A stretch of 64,000 nt of DNA, taken from assembly GCF_002150035.1 (NCBI RefSeq), contig NZ_NETS01000010.1, forward strand, positions 1,075,070 to 1,139,069, read 5' to 3'. Numbering within the stretch: the first letter of the stretch is position 1; the number at the start of each line of letters is the position of its first letter. The DNA comes from Leptospira venezuelensis (lineage in GTDB: Bacteria; Spirochaetota; Leptospiria; Leptospirales; Leptospiraceae). The notes under the pieces are model-generated. The model did no database searches. It was given only the letters and a program-made list of their open reading frames with translations, and had not been told where the DNA came from. This document shows positions 10,837 through 20,962 of this stretch, in pieces. The position numbers and the translations under genes were made by a program.

Positions 10837-10991
10837 ACCAACCAAAATCCGGGTCGTTTCCCCACTGTCAAGTATAGAAGGTCCGTTACTGCGGGGAAGG
10901 GCTGACTCGTGAGGGTAATGCGGTTTTAAGCGGCGGATTATGTCTCTTTAAGATATCGCACTAAGTTGTAGGAGCTCCTACAGCTTAGTCA

Positions 10992-11930
10992 TCAACATTC
11001 TTGGTAAGGGCATTCGGTGCCTGCGGGTTCAACTTCCACAGTTGCATGAGGGATATGGAATTCTTTAGTAATATTGCGGATCTTTTCTTTTAACTTCTGA
11101 GCTTGCGCGATAGAAGTTTCCTGAACACCAACATGAAGAGTAAGAACATGATAATCTCCATCCATGGACCAAAGATGAAGATCATGTACGGAGCGGACAC
11201 CTTTCAATTTCAAGATACGGCTTTCTAATTCTTTTGTATCGATCCCTTCCGGAGAAGATTGAAGATGTAAAAGAAGTATCTTTCGTAAATTACGGAAGGA
11301 TTGGATCCCGACCCAAAGTGAGATCGCGATAGATAACAGAGGATCTACCCAAGACCATCCGAATAAGATCAAAGCAATACTTCCGAAGAATACTGCAACC
11401 CATCCGAGTACATCTTCCAGAAGATGAAGAAATGCAGTCTTTGCATTTAGTCCGGAACTATTCTTTAATTTGAATAATGCCGCTCCGTTAACGATCACAC
11501 CTAAAATTGAAAGACCTAACATTCCCCAACCATTCGGAGAACCTGGCTCGTTCAATTTAGTAATAGCAAAGAATAAGATCCCGAAAGATCCTAAAAATAG
11601 AACAAAAGAATTTACTAATGCAGCAGAAAGACTGAGTCTCCTGTACCCGAATGTGAAGGTTTGGTTCCTTGGTTTTGCAGCGATCTTTTGAAAGATCCAA
11701 GCAAGAGCTAAGAAGCCGCTGTCTCCCAGATCATGAAGAGAATCGGAAAGGATTGCCAAACTTTCAAAAAAATATCCACCTACAAATTCTATTCCCGCAA
11801 ATCCAAAGTTTAATAAAAATGCGAATAAAAAAGCCCTGGAGTTTTCCGGCATTGAAGATGCATGAGGATCTCCCGAATGGGAATGAGAGTGTCCATGATG
11901 ATCATCGTGAGAATGATGATGCCCTTGCAT
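10992..11930 (-). CDS. czcD: Cation diffusion facilitator family divalent-metal efflux transporter with a His-rich N-terminus
   Basis: N-terminal MQGHHHSHDDHHGHSHSHSGDPH, then six TM helices and a C-terminal cytoplasmic CDF domain. Confidence 0.85.
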   Translation of the reverse strand: MQGHHHSHDDHHGHSHSHSGDPHASSMPENSRAFLFAFLLNFGFAGIEFVGGYFFESLAILSDSLHDLGDSGFLALAWIFQKIAAKPRNQTFTFGYRRLSLSAALVNSFVLFLGSFGILFFAITKLNEPGSPNGWGMLGLSILGVIVNGAALFKLKNSSGLNAKTAFLHLLEDVLGWVAVFFGSIALILFGWSWVDPLLSIAISLWVGIQSFRNLRKILLLHLQSSPEGIDTKELESRILKLKGVRSVHDLHLWSMDGDYHVLTLHVGVQETSIAQAQKLKEKIRNITKEFHIPHATVEVEPAGTECPYQEC

Positions 11931-11985
11931 GAATCTAAAATAATGAAAGTATCAAAATTCTTCCAGTACCTTTTTTAGAAATTGG

Positions 11986-12636
11986 TTGCAGGATAACGGG
12001 TTCTCTTTATCGATAAGAGCTGGTATGAGTGAATCTTCAAAAGAACAAGAGCTTGAGATCATTGCAAAAGAAGTGGCGCCTTGCGTTCGATGCAAATTGA
12101 GTTCGACTCGGACCCAAACTGTTTTTGGAGAAGGGAATCCAAATGCAGATATTATGTTCATAGGAGAAGGTCCAGGCAAACAAGAGGACCTGACCGGCAG
12201 GCCATTTGTAGGAAAAGCAGGAGAATTATTAACTAGAATTATAGAAAGGGGGATGGGAGTTTCCAGAGACAGTGTTTATATCGCGAACGTAACTAAATGT
12301 AGACCCACCGTAGATCTAAAATTCGAAAAAGACAGACCTCCTGAGGATGACGAAGTAATCGCATGTTCCCCTTTTTTACTCAGGCAAATTTCCGTCATAC
12401 AACCAAAGGTGATCATTACTTTAGGAAACCCTTCTACTAGATTCATTTTGAGAACGAAAGAAGGGATTACAAAACTCAGAGGGCATTGGGCAGATTTTCA
12501 CGGGATCCCTGTTATGCCTACTTATCATCCAAGTTATGTAATTCGCAACGGTGGCGAGAATAGTCCTTTAAAAAGAGATGTTTGGGAAGATATAAAAAAG
12601 GTCTTGGACAGATTGGACTGGAAACGTCCTGGATGA
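11986..12636 (+). CDS. Uracil-DNA glycosylase, family 4
   Basis: GEGPGKQEDLTGRPFVGKAGELLTRII and HPSYVIRNGG family-4 UDG motifs. Confidence 0.8.
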   Translation: MQDNGFSLSIRAGMSESSKEQELEIIAKEVAPCVRCKLSSTRTQTVFGEGNPNADIMFIGEGPGKQEDLTGRPFVGKAGELLTRIIERGMGVSRDSVYIANVTKCRPTVDLKFEKDRPPEDDEVIACSPFLLRQISVIQPKVIITLGNPSTRFILRTKEGITKLRGHWADFHGIPVMPTYHPSYVIRNGGENSPLKRDVWEDIKKVLDRLDWKRPG

Positions 12637-12696
12637 AATTTGCTTTTTACGCGATGTTGGAGTTCCAACATCGCATTTCAAAATGTGAGTAATGTA

Positions 12697-13623
12697 TTAC
12701 TCTCCCTTCTTCTTAGCTAACCAATCTGCGATCTTTTGATAGATATCAGAAGGAGCAGACTCATGTGCGAATAAGGAAAGATGATCATAATCTATTTTTC
12801 CACCGTTATCACGTCCTGCTTCCAAGAACTGAGTGAATCCTTTTTTTCTGCGATAAACTGGATGGATAGATTCTGAAGTAGCAATATTATCTAACTTACC
12901 AGCGACAAATAAAGTTGGGAAATCCATTAACTCAAAGTCCGCCCAAACTTTTGGATTTTCCTCTAATGAAGGAAGATAATTCCATAATGTTTGATAAAGA
13001 TATAATGTTGTAGGATTGTCTTCGTCCAAAGAAATAAATCTGGAACAGAAACTATCTTTGTTTTTACAAGAATTGGAAAGGTCAGTTCCGAAACGTTTTT
13101 CTTTTTTCATATCGTCTATGAAACTATCATTATATTTATAATCCATCCCCGTTCCCAAAAAGAAAACCTTAGAAATTGCAGGATCTTTTTTGGATCGGAT
13201 AAAATGAAGGATCGCTTGGCCTCCGACTGAGACCCCACCTAAAATATAATCTTTACGATTGCTTAGTCCTTGTACTTGAGAGACTGCCTGAGGTATGAGC
13301 TTTTCTCCCACTTCTTTCAGATCTAATCCAGGATATACTTCGAAATGTAAAAGGAAAACGGAGAATCCATTTCCGCTCAGAACTCCGATAAGTCCGTTGT
13401 AATCTCCAAGATACAAAGACTTTTTATTCACAAGGATCGGATCCAAAAGTAGAATAGGAGGATATTCGGAACTATGTTTTAAAAAGTTCGTGAGATATAC
13501 ATTAGACGCTATATTTGCGGTTTGATTCTTGAAGGCTTCTTCCGTGATCACTGCATAACGAGTGCAGGAAAAAAACAGAAAAATGGAAAATAAGAAAAAT
13601 ATAATTTTATTTTTGAATTTCAT
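12697..13623 (-). CDS. Lipoprotein, probable alpha/beta-hydrolase fold
   Basis: Signal plus lipobox (FLFFSC). Contains a GGVSVGG (GxSxG-like) motif. Confidence 0.5.
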   Translation of the reverse strand: MKFKNKIIFFLFSIFLFFSCTRYAVITEEAFKNQTANIASNVYLTNFLKHSSEYPPILLLDPILVNKKSLYLGDYNGLIGVLSGNGFSVFLLHFEVYPGLDLKEVGEKLIPQAVSQVQGLSNRKDYILGGVSVGGQAILHFIRSKKDPAISKVFFLGTGMDYKYNDSFIDDMKKEKRFGTDLSNSCKNKDSFCSRFISLDEDNPTTLYLYQTLWNYLPSLEENPKVWADFELMDFPTLFVAGKLDNIATSESIHPVYRRKKGFTQFLEAGRDNGGKIDYDHLSLFAHESAPSDIYQKIADWLAKKKGE

Positions 13624-13637
13624 TTTATGATCCAGAA

Positions 13638-14702
13638 TTAATTTCTTTTGTTCAACCAGTGGATGATAGTCGGAAATACTTCATCATCCGCCTTCTTTCC
13701 AACTACTAGGTCAGTATGGCCATAGTCTTCTGAAAAACCTTTCCCTTTCGAAAGTACGAATAAGGTTTTATCTGCAGAGCCTAATTGGTCGTAAACATAT
13801 CTGAGAGAATATGTGAATCCTAGTTTGTCCCTTCTGCCCGCGACTAACAGCACAGGGATCTTAATATTTCCGAAAGCTTGTGAATAAATGAGTTTGCCGT
13901 CTTCTGAACGGAAATGCCCTGTTTCTACGATCTTATCCATCTGTCTTGCTTCTCTTTTAGAAACAGTGGCGATGGAGTCGGTAAAGATACCGGAAACAAT
14001 TTTAGGATCTATATTTGTTTGGTGCCAAAATACTTCTTCGAAACTTCTTTTCGGAAAAATGGGGAGTCCTGTTCCTCCTCTGACCTGGGACCAAGTTTCA
14101 GTCGGAACTGCAGGCCACAGATTTAAAGCCCAAGTAAAACTAGACCATAATTTTAAAGCGTCTGATGGAGGATCCATGATCGCAGGAGAGCCGATCGCAA
14201 CAAAGTTAGCCACTCGATTCTCTCCTAAACTTCCGAGTCTTGCGTATTGGAGCATACCTCCCATACTATGACCGATCCAGTTTACTTTTTCTTTGCCTGT
14301 AGCTTTGAGAACATATTGGATAGCAGCATCTGCATCTTGTTTTATATAATCATCGATGGAATAATCAAAAGTTTTATCTCCCCAGAATAAGGAAGGAGAC
14401 CCGGCTTCTTGTTTTCCTCGTAACTCTAAAAGCCAAACATCATATCCTTCTTTTTGAAGATTAGCCACTATGGATGACTTTTCATTGATCTTAAGATAGA
14501 TACGATTCGCTATGAATCCGTGACAAAGTATCACAGGATATTTTTTATTAGTGGTTCCTTGCAGAGGAGGAAAATGTTCGAGAGTGATGTCCCAACCATC
14601 TGAGGTTTTCGGATGAAGGATCTCTCCTTTTAACGCGATATTCGCGGAACAAGAAACGATTAGCGGTACGCATACGAAGAATGCGGAAAGAAAACGAAGC
14701 AT
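13638..14702 (-). CDS. Secreted alpha/beta hydrolase (lipase/esterase-like)
   Basis: Signal peptide, HGF oxyanion-hole motif (ILCHGFIANRIY) and GHSMGG nucleophile elbow. Confidence 0.65.
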   Translation of the reverse strand: MLRFLSAFFVCVPLIVSCSANIALKGEILHPKTSDGWDITLEHFPPLQGTTNKKYPVILCHGFIANRIYLKINEKSSIVANLQKEGYDVWLLELRGKQEAGSPSLFWGDKTFDYSIDDYIKQDADAAIQYVLKATGKEKVNWIGHSMGGMLQYARLGSLGENRVANFVAIGSPAIMDPPSDALKLWSSFTWALNLWPAVPTETWSQVRGGTGLPIFPKRSFEEVFWHQTNIDPKIVSGIFTDSIATVSKREARQMDKIVETGHFRSEDGKLIYSQAFGNIKIPVLLVAGRRDKLGFTYSLRYVYDQLGSADKTLFVLSKGKGFSEDYGHTDLVVGKKADDEVFPTIIHWLNKRN

Positions 14703-14780
14703 ACCCGCGATCCTCCTCCTTGCCGAAATGGAATCAAGGAAAATTCAAAACTAAATTTCAAGTAAAGAACAATGTTCGTA

Positions 14781-15494
14781 CTAACCGATGTGTAGAAAAT
14801 TTAGAAAGGAGTCCACCGACTTCTTTATAGTAGGAAAGAATCGGATCTTATGCAGTAGAGGATTCCACCAACCTGTGGTGATACAAAAATACGTATCATA
14901 TGGAGCAGTATGATGTATTTTATGATGCTCGGGAGAAAGTATCCAACGCTTTTTTTGCATGTATTTGATAAGTTTATTTGGCTCGTCTTGGTGGGCCCAT
15001 TTATGGATCTGATTGGTAAAAAAGATCCCGACCAGAACGAGTATCCAGAATGTTCTCGCCCAAGGAAAAATCCCATCCTCTATAGAAGCAAAAAAACAAT
15101 ACAAAAGAATGGGAAGAGACACTAGACAATTATTTCCGTTAGTCTCCACAAAATCATGTCGAGTGATCCCTTTTGGGTCTACATGATGATCTCTAAAAGG
15201 AAAAATAAAAGCAGGTCCAATATAAGGAGTGAATTCGTTCCCGAAACTATCTCCCAAAAAATGAACAAAGCCGGAAAGAAAGTCTGCGGTAATATAAGCT
15301 AAGAATAAGAGAGCTACAAGTTCGGCTAAGAAAATCCATGGAGAATCCTTTAAGACCGACAAGGATAATATTCCGAACTCATACAGACATAGTCCGGCAA
15401 AAACTAAGAATAAAAGTATACTTAGAACTTCCACTAACCTGTGGATTTTAAAAGGAGAAGGGAATAAAATTTTCAGGAAGTTCATGGTTCTCAT
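14781..15494 (-). CDS. CarF/TMEM189-like histidine-box membrane lipid desaturase (plasmanylethanolamine-desaturase family)
   Basis: Multi-TM protein with three His boxes: FRDHHVDP, IHKWAHQ and EHHKIHH. Their spacing resembles the Kua/TMEM189/CarF family. Confidence 0.5.
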   Translation of the reverse strand: MRTMNFLKILFPSPFKIHRLVEVLSILLFLVFAGLCLYEFGILSLSVLKDSPWIFLAELVALLFLAYITADFLSGFVHFLGDSFGNEFTPYIGPAFIFPFRDHHVDPKGITRHDFVETNGNNCLVSLPILLYCFFASIEDGIFPWARTFWILVLVGIFFTNQIHKWAHQDEPNKLIKYMQKKRWILSPEHHKIHHTAPYDTYFCITTGWWNPLLHKIRFFPTIKKSVDSFLNFLHIG

Positions 15495-15699
15495 TTATAG
15501 CCTAGGTCCCGATTTGCAAAATTTTTTTACCTGATCTCTTTGCCTAGGCAAAAAAATGATCCTTATAAAACCGATACATAAGAGATAGATCGGTTAAGAA
15601 TTTAGATATTTCGGATTAACGGAATGTTCTCGTACCCTTGAATTTTATTCGGATTTTTAAATCCTTCTTTTCAATCCCGAATAAGAAATTCTTATTTGA

Positions 15700-18102
15700 A
15701 TGTTCACGGCAGTAAGAATGATTTTACAACGTCTTAAAAGATCGATTTCTCCCCCATTGTCAGCAGACCCCGAAAAAGACGTTTCGATCAGACTTCTTTA
15801 TGGTCTGATGTATGTCACTTTCGCAGTAGCAGTTTTATATCGGATACTTCATCCACTTATTTCTGAAAAACCGAAGAACGCGTATTACTCTTTCTATCTC
15901 ATTCCAACTGCAGTGATCATTTGCCACCTTCTCGCAAAATCGGGAAGGATAAAGCTCGGCGCACATATCATGATCTTCTTACAATGGTTGGCTCTTTGTA
16001 TTGTATCAATGAGAGAAGGTGGAGTCTATGCCACATCATTCTCTCAATTTATGATCATTATAGTGTTGGCATCTTTGATTCTAGGACAGGGCGGAGCATT
16101 ATTCTATGCACTTCTCTCATTCTTCACAGGGCTTTTAAGTATTTATTTGAAATCAAAGGGAATGATACCTGCTCCAAATTATCCTACTGGAGAATGGTCT
16201 GCATTTATAGGGAATTCCGTAGGTTTATTTATGTCTTGGATCCTGATGAAATTTGGTTTATCAGGATTATCTAAAATACGAGAAGAATTGTCTAGAGCTC
16301 AAATCGATGCCAAGTTAGGAGCGATCACTTTAAATTTGGAAACCAAAGAAGTGACTTTATCCAAAGAATATCGCATCATGCTCGGAAATAAGAGCGCCAA
16401 AGAATCTATTACAATTCATATGAATAAGTTCATTGAAAAGTATGTGGAAGGCGAAGATAAAGAAAGGATACCGGCAATACTCGCAGAAGGTGCGCAATAT
16501 TTTAGCGATCCGTCTTACGTTACTGAGTTTATTTTTAGAACAAAAGGAGATGACGGCAAGACCAGATACATTTTGGCCAAGGGAAAATATAAAGATTCTA
16601 TAATGGGTTATGGAACTGGCCAAGATATTACGGAAAAACATATAGCCGGCGAGGAGATTAAAGCAAGTCAGGAATTATTTTCTAAAGTATTCAAACTAAG
16701 TCCATATGCAACTTCCATTTCAAATTTCGAGGATGGAAAATATGTAGATATAAATGATGGATTTACCGAATTACTCGGTTACACCAGAGAAGAAGTGATA
16801 GGTCGCACTAGCATTGAATTGGGGGTCTGGTTGCATCCGGCTGAAAGAGATTCCTTTAAAGAAAAGATCAAAAAAGACGGATTCTTATATAATGAAGAAG
16901 TAACATTTAGGGCCAAAGATGGGCGTTTGCTGCAAGTGGAGTTTTCTACTAGATTTGCGATCATCGACGGAGAAACCCGTATGATCAATATGGTGAAAGA
17001 TATTTCTTCCAAAAAAGAAGCAGCAGAATTAAGAGTTTTGAATAATGAAATCTCTGCTCAAAACGAATTGATTGCAAAACAAAAAGCAGAATTAGAATCC
17101 ACACTTGATTATCTTCAAAAGACGCAAAACCAACTGATACTTTCTGAAAAGATGGCTTCGCTTGGACAGTTGGTTGCTGGGATTGCACATGAGATCAATA
17201 ATCCGATTGGAGTGATCCGAGCAGCGAATGAATCTGTTAAAAGCCATTTTGATCGCGTCTTGGATAGAATGCAGGAAGCTGCTTCTGTCTTAGAAAATCT
17301 GGGTAATGATGCAAAGATAGAATTCCAAACCTTATTAAAGAAGGGAAGGGCTTATCAAGAAATTATTCCTCCTAAAGAAGTACGAGCTAAAACTAAAATT
17401 TTAGAATCTAGATTTAAGGAACTTGGAATTCCAGAAGCCAGAAATTTAGCGGAAGGTTTAGTAGAGGCAGGATTGGAAGATGCGTTAGAAGATTTTCCAA
17501 AACTATTCATCGGAGAAAAAATCCAACAAGTAATCCAGTATGCATTGGATGAGATCCAAGCGAGTAGAAGTTCCAAATTGGTGGATATGTCGGTAGATAG
17601 GACTTCTAAAATAGTATATGCGCTTAAGAACTTTTCTCATTTCAGTAATGGTGGACCGAAGGCCCCCGTTGATATTAGAGAAAGTATAAATACAGTTCTT
17701 ACAATCTATCAAAACCAATTGAAATCAGGAATAGAGATCATAAAAGAATATGAACCAGAAACCCCTGTTGTCCAAGGATATTCAGATGATCTATTACATG
17801 TCTGGACCAACCTGATCTATAATGCTGCCCAAGCGATGGGATTCAAAGGAATCCTAAAAATAAATGTAGGCGGTGGAGGGGGGAAGGACCATATCTGCGT
17901 CAGAATTTCGGATAACGGACCTGGAATTCCTGAATCGATCCAAGAAAGAATTTTCGAACCATTCTTTACAACTAAAGCTCCCGGAGAAGGTTCCGGATTA
18001 GGCTTAGACATTGTAAAACGTATCGTGGAAAACCACGGAGGATCGATCGGATTCGAAACTTCTCCCAAAGGCACAGCGTTCTTAGTAACTTTACCTCAAT
18101 GA
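15700..18102 (+). CDS. Sensor histidine kinase (multi-TM N-terminus, PAS domains, HisKA, HATPase_c). No cognate response regulator is adjacent.
   Basis: H-box AGIAHEINNP. G-boxes DNGPGIP and GSGLGLDIVKRIVENHGGS. Confidence 0.85.
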   Translation: MFTAVRMILQRLKRSISPPLSADPEKDVSIRLLYGLMYVTFAVAVLYRILHPLISEKPKNAYYSFYLIPTAVIICHLLAKSGRIKLGAHIMIFLQWLALCIVSMREGGVYATSFSQFMIIIVLASLILGQGGALFYALLSFFTGLLSIYLKSKGMIPAPNYPTGEWSAFIGNSVGLFMSWILMKFGLSGLSKIREELSRAQIDAKLGAITLNLETKEVTLSKEYRIMLGNKSAKESITIHMNKFIEKYVEGEDKERIPAILAEGAQYFSDPSYVTEFIFRTKGDDGKTRYILAKGKYKDSIMGYGTGQDITEKHIAGEEIKASQELFSKVFKLSPYATSISNFEDGKYVDINDGFTELLGYTREEVIGRTSIELGVWLHPAERDSFKEKIKKDGFLYNEEVTFRAKDGRLLQVEFSTRFAIIDGETRMINMVKDISSKKEAAELRVLNNEISAQNELIAKQKAELESTLDYLQKTQNQLILSEKMASLGQLVAGIAHEINNPIGVIRAANESVKSHFDRVLDRMQEAASVLENLGNDAKIEFQTLLKKGRAYQEIIPPKEVRAKTKILESRFKELGIPEARNLAEGLVEAGLEDALEDFPKLFIGEKIQQVIQYALDEIQASRSSKLVDMSVDRTSKIVYALKNFSHFSNGGPKAPVDIRESINTVLTIYQNQLKSGIEIIKEYEPETPVVQGYSDDLLHVWTNLIYNAAQAMGFKGILKINVGGGGGKDHICVRISDNGPGIPESIQERIFEPFFTTKAPGEGSGLGLDIVKRIVENHGGSIGFETSPKGTAFLVTLPQ

Positions 18103-18626
18103 GTTTTCTTTTTTAGGAATTTCTCTATTTTAGGACGGATCACATAATGACAGTAAGGCTGTCCTGGATTCAGTCTGAAATAATTTTGATGATAATTTTC
18201 CGCGGGGAAAAATTTCTCTAAGGCCACAATCTCTGTTACGATAGGAGAGGCAAATTTGGGTCCTGCTTCTGTTCTGGAAGTTTCTGCAATTTCCTTCTGA
18301 GTTTGATTTTCATATAAAATGATACTTCTGTATTGAGGCCCTTCGTCGTTACCTTGTTTGTTCCTTGTAGTTGGATCGTGAGCTTCCCAAAAAATTTGCA
18401 AAATGTCTTTATAGGAGATCTTAGTTGGATCAAATCCTACTCGGATCACTTCTGCATGACCCGTAAGTCCCGTACAAATTGATTTATAATTTGGTGCAGG
18501 ATCATGTCCTCCTGCATAACCGGAGACAATAGATTCTACACCATCTACCAATTGATAGATCGCTTCGACACACCAAAAACATCCCCCACCTAAAATTGCA
18601 TATTCCAGATCTTTTTGTTCTGACAT
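18096..18626 (-). CDS. msrA: Peptide methionine sulfoxide reductase A
   Basis: GGGCFWC active-site motif. Its 3' end overlaps the histidine-kinase stop by 7 bp (convergent). Confidence 0.9.
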   Translation of the reverse strand: MSEQKDLEYAILGGGCFWCVEAIYQLVDGVESIVSGYAGGHDPAPNYKSICTGLTGHAEVIRVGFDPTKISYKDILQIFWEAHDPTTRNKQGNDEGPQYRSIILYENQTQKEIAETSRTEAGPKFASPIVTEIVALEKFFPAENYHQNYFRLNPGQPYCHYVIRPKIEKFLKKKTH

Positions 18627-18744
18627 CCCATCCTCCTCTATTATTAGATTTGATTCCGGTCAGAAAGTCAAATTGCGGAAACATTTTTCCGAATTTATTC
18701 CGAAAAAACGTAAGCGCTAAACACGAAATGAGACCGGGACGGGT

Positions 18745-19182
18745 ATGAAGTTCAAACTAATATTAAACCCCAAACCGATCAAAAGTAAATCGTGGAAAGC
18801 AAAGTCTCCCAGAGAATCTATGCCAGTTTGTACATTGATACTTCCAGATAAGTTATACAAAAATTATCTGAAAAACTGGCACGGGTCAAGGCCAGGAGCA
18901 ACATGTCTGAAGGATTTGTTACAACTATACGGACCGGATTTGCAATTCCAAGAAAAACTAAATCCTGATTCAGCTTTAATGATGTACCAAAAAAAGGAAG
19001 GAAGGAGGCAAGCGGGCTGGAATCGTCTGAATTTTAGACCTGATCTGGAAGATTGGAATCTATTAGGGAATTATGCAAGAAAACACGGAGTTTCGAAGTG
19101 TTATTTGTTTACGTTTTTATTAAATAAATTCTTTTCGGATTCTCCTTCTTCGGAGGTTTCCAAAAAGAAGAAGGTGGCCTGA
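18745..19182 (+). CDS. Hypothetical basic protein
   Basis: 145-aa ORF with no recognisable domain. The start is uncertain. Confidence 0.35.
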   Translation: MKFKLILNPKPIKSKSWKAKSPRESMPVCTLILPDKLYKNYLKNWHGSRPGATCLKDLLQLYGPDLQFQEKLNPDSALMMYQKKEGRRQAGWNRLNFRPDLEDWNLLGNYARKHGVSKCYLFTFLLNKFFSDSPSSEVSKKKKVA

Positions 19183-19195
19183 TCGAAAATTACTC

Positions 19196-19615
19196 TTAAC
19201 TTCGGATCGGATGAATAGGTTGTCCTGCACTTAATTTTGAGATTTCATCTTCTACAGAAACCAATCTATGGATTGTGGTATTTAGTAGTAGTGAGAAAAA
19301 TTTAGGGTTTGTTTGTCCGATCCTATAGAACATTTCTTGATCCAAAATGCCTATCTTTGCTTTTTCAGTGATCACCCTTGCGGTCGCGGCTCTTGGCACA
19401 TTATTGATCAATGCAATTTCTCCGAAAAATGACCCTGGCTCTAAATTTCGAATTACCCTTTCCTCTCCGTCATAAGACTTTCTGATTTCTAGAGAGCCGG
19501 TAAAAACAAAATACATCATTCCATTAGAAGGATCTTTCTCTTTAAAGACATCTTCTCCGGCTAGATAGGTTTTAACGGATACGTTATTGATGAACTCTAA
19601 AATATTGATTCCCAT
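19196..19615 (-). CDS. Cyclic-nucleotide-binding domain protein
   Basis: CAP effector-domain motif FGEIALINNVPRAATARV. Confidence 0.75.
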   Translation of the reverse strand: MGINILEFINNVSVKTYLAGEDVFKEKDPSNGMMYFVFTGSLEIRKSYDGEERVIRNLEPGSFFGEIALINNVPRAATARVITEKAKIGILDQEMFYRIGQTNPKFFSLLLNTTIHRLVSVEDEISKLSAGQPIHPIRS

Positions 19616-19616
19616 C

Positions 19617-20147
19617 TTATGATTCCTTATTTGCGGCCGCTTCGGCAGGAGTTTCTTCTTGAGTGGCCTCAGTTTTTGTTGCTTCTGAAACTTCTGTTCG
19701 TTTTTCGGCTACTGGTGCTTCTGAAGATTTAGATTCTTCTTCTTTTTTGTGGATCTCTGTATAAAGAGTTTCCAGTTTCATCTCTGCTCTATTCAGTTTT
19801 TCGAAAGTGTTTTTGAGAAGTAAAAGTAAGAATTGAGGACTGGTTTTTTCCAGTTTTTCGAAAACACCTTTGTTCAAGACTCCTAGTTTTGCAGAAGGAG
19901 AAAGAACTTGGACCGACATCGCTCTCGCTCTTCCTGAAATTAAAGCGATCTCTCCAAAAAATTCTCCAGGGAAAACTTCCTTAATGGATTTGTCTCCAGC
20001 ATCAGGACGATTCTTGCTGACCATTAAATGTCCTTGAAAAAGGAAATACATGTTTCCGTCGGATTCTTCTCCTTCTTTGAATATGAAGGAATCTTTGGGA
20101 TAAACCCGAGTAAAAACGCTATGAACGAAATCCAGAATGGTCGGCAT
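19617..20147 (-). CDS. Cyclic-nucleotide-binding domain protein with an acidic C-terminal tail
   Basis: FGEIALISGRARAMSVQV. It abuts the downstream cNMP gene with a 1-nt gap. Confidence 0.75.
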   Translation of the reverse strand: MPTILDFVHSVFTRVYPKDSFIFKEGEESDGNMYFLFQGHLMVSKNRPDAGDKSIKEVFPGEFFGEIALISGRARAMSVQVLSPSAKLGVLNKGVFEKLEKTSPQFLLLLLKNTFEKLNRAEMKLETLYTEIHKKEEESKSSEAPVAEKRTEVSEATKTEATQEETPAEAAANKES

Positions 20148-20247
20148 GTTTTTTAAGACGGGAAAAAGCCTACATATCCAAACCAGATTTAAAATTTTTC
20201 AAAAATCGTTTTCAGCGACCTGTTCTAAAATGTGGTCCGACCTTGTT

Positions 20248-20772
20248 TCAGTCGAATCCATCCAAGCTTGCCAGCTTAAGAAATGAGAGCATAAAACTAA
20301 TATAAACTATGATTTGAAATACTGCCGTAAAGATGAGATAGGCAGATCTGAATTTTAAACCAATCGTTCTAGTTAGAAAATTTTCCCAGGTTGCAACTAA
20401 GATAATAGGAACGGCCATTAGAAGTTCCGGTGTACTTATATCTGCTTTGAATAAACTTCCAACTTTAGAGCCAATTAAAAAAAGAACGAGGCTTAAAACG
20501 CTAAAAAGCAATGCTTCGAGACTTCTGTAACCTTCTTGGGCTACAGAAAAATTTTCTAAGAATAAATTCCGAAAAAACGCAATTCCTGCATTATATAAAA
20601 TTAATACAGTAATTACTAACCAGATTAGTCCTACAATCTCGGTATTTGTAGCAGACGTTTGACTTCTTGCTATAGGAGAAGAATAGGTCATCACAAAAAT
20701 AAATATTGATATTGCGGAAACTATAGATAGAACAAAGAGGATTAGAACAGGATTTAGAATTTTAGACTTCAA
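20248..20772 (-). CDS. Integral membrane protein, hypothetical
   Basis: 174 aa with 5-6 hydrophobic helices. Confidence 0.5.
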   Translation of the reverse strand: MKSKILNPVLILFVLSIVSAISIFIFVMTYSSPIARSQTSATNTEIVGLIWLVITVLILYNAGIAFFRNLFLENFSVAQEGYRSLEALLFSVLSLVLFLIGSKVGSLFKADISTPELLMAVPIILVATWENFLTRTIGLKFRSAYLIFTAVFQIIVYISFMLSFLKLASLDGFD

Positions 20773-20962
20773 GTGCGCCTTCCGGTTTCGGAAAGGATCA
20801 AACTCTCTATATTTTCAGCAAGGAAAAGATAATATTATAAGGACAGACCACCTATTTTAAGTAAGGTGATATTACGCGAATAACGTTATTGAAAAATAGA
20901 TCTGTTATTCTTATAAAAACGTTATACGTAGAGTATAGTTTTTTGAAACTTCGATCTTATTT

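Noticed and set aside
12651-12674. Perfect palindrome GCGATGTTGGA-gt-TCCAACATCGC between udg and the lipoprotein gene, as a terminator
   Set aside because: It is probably a bidirectional terminator. Neither side has a clear U-run, so I did not list it as a confident feature.
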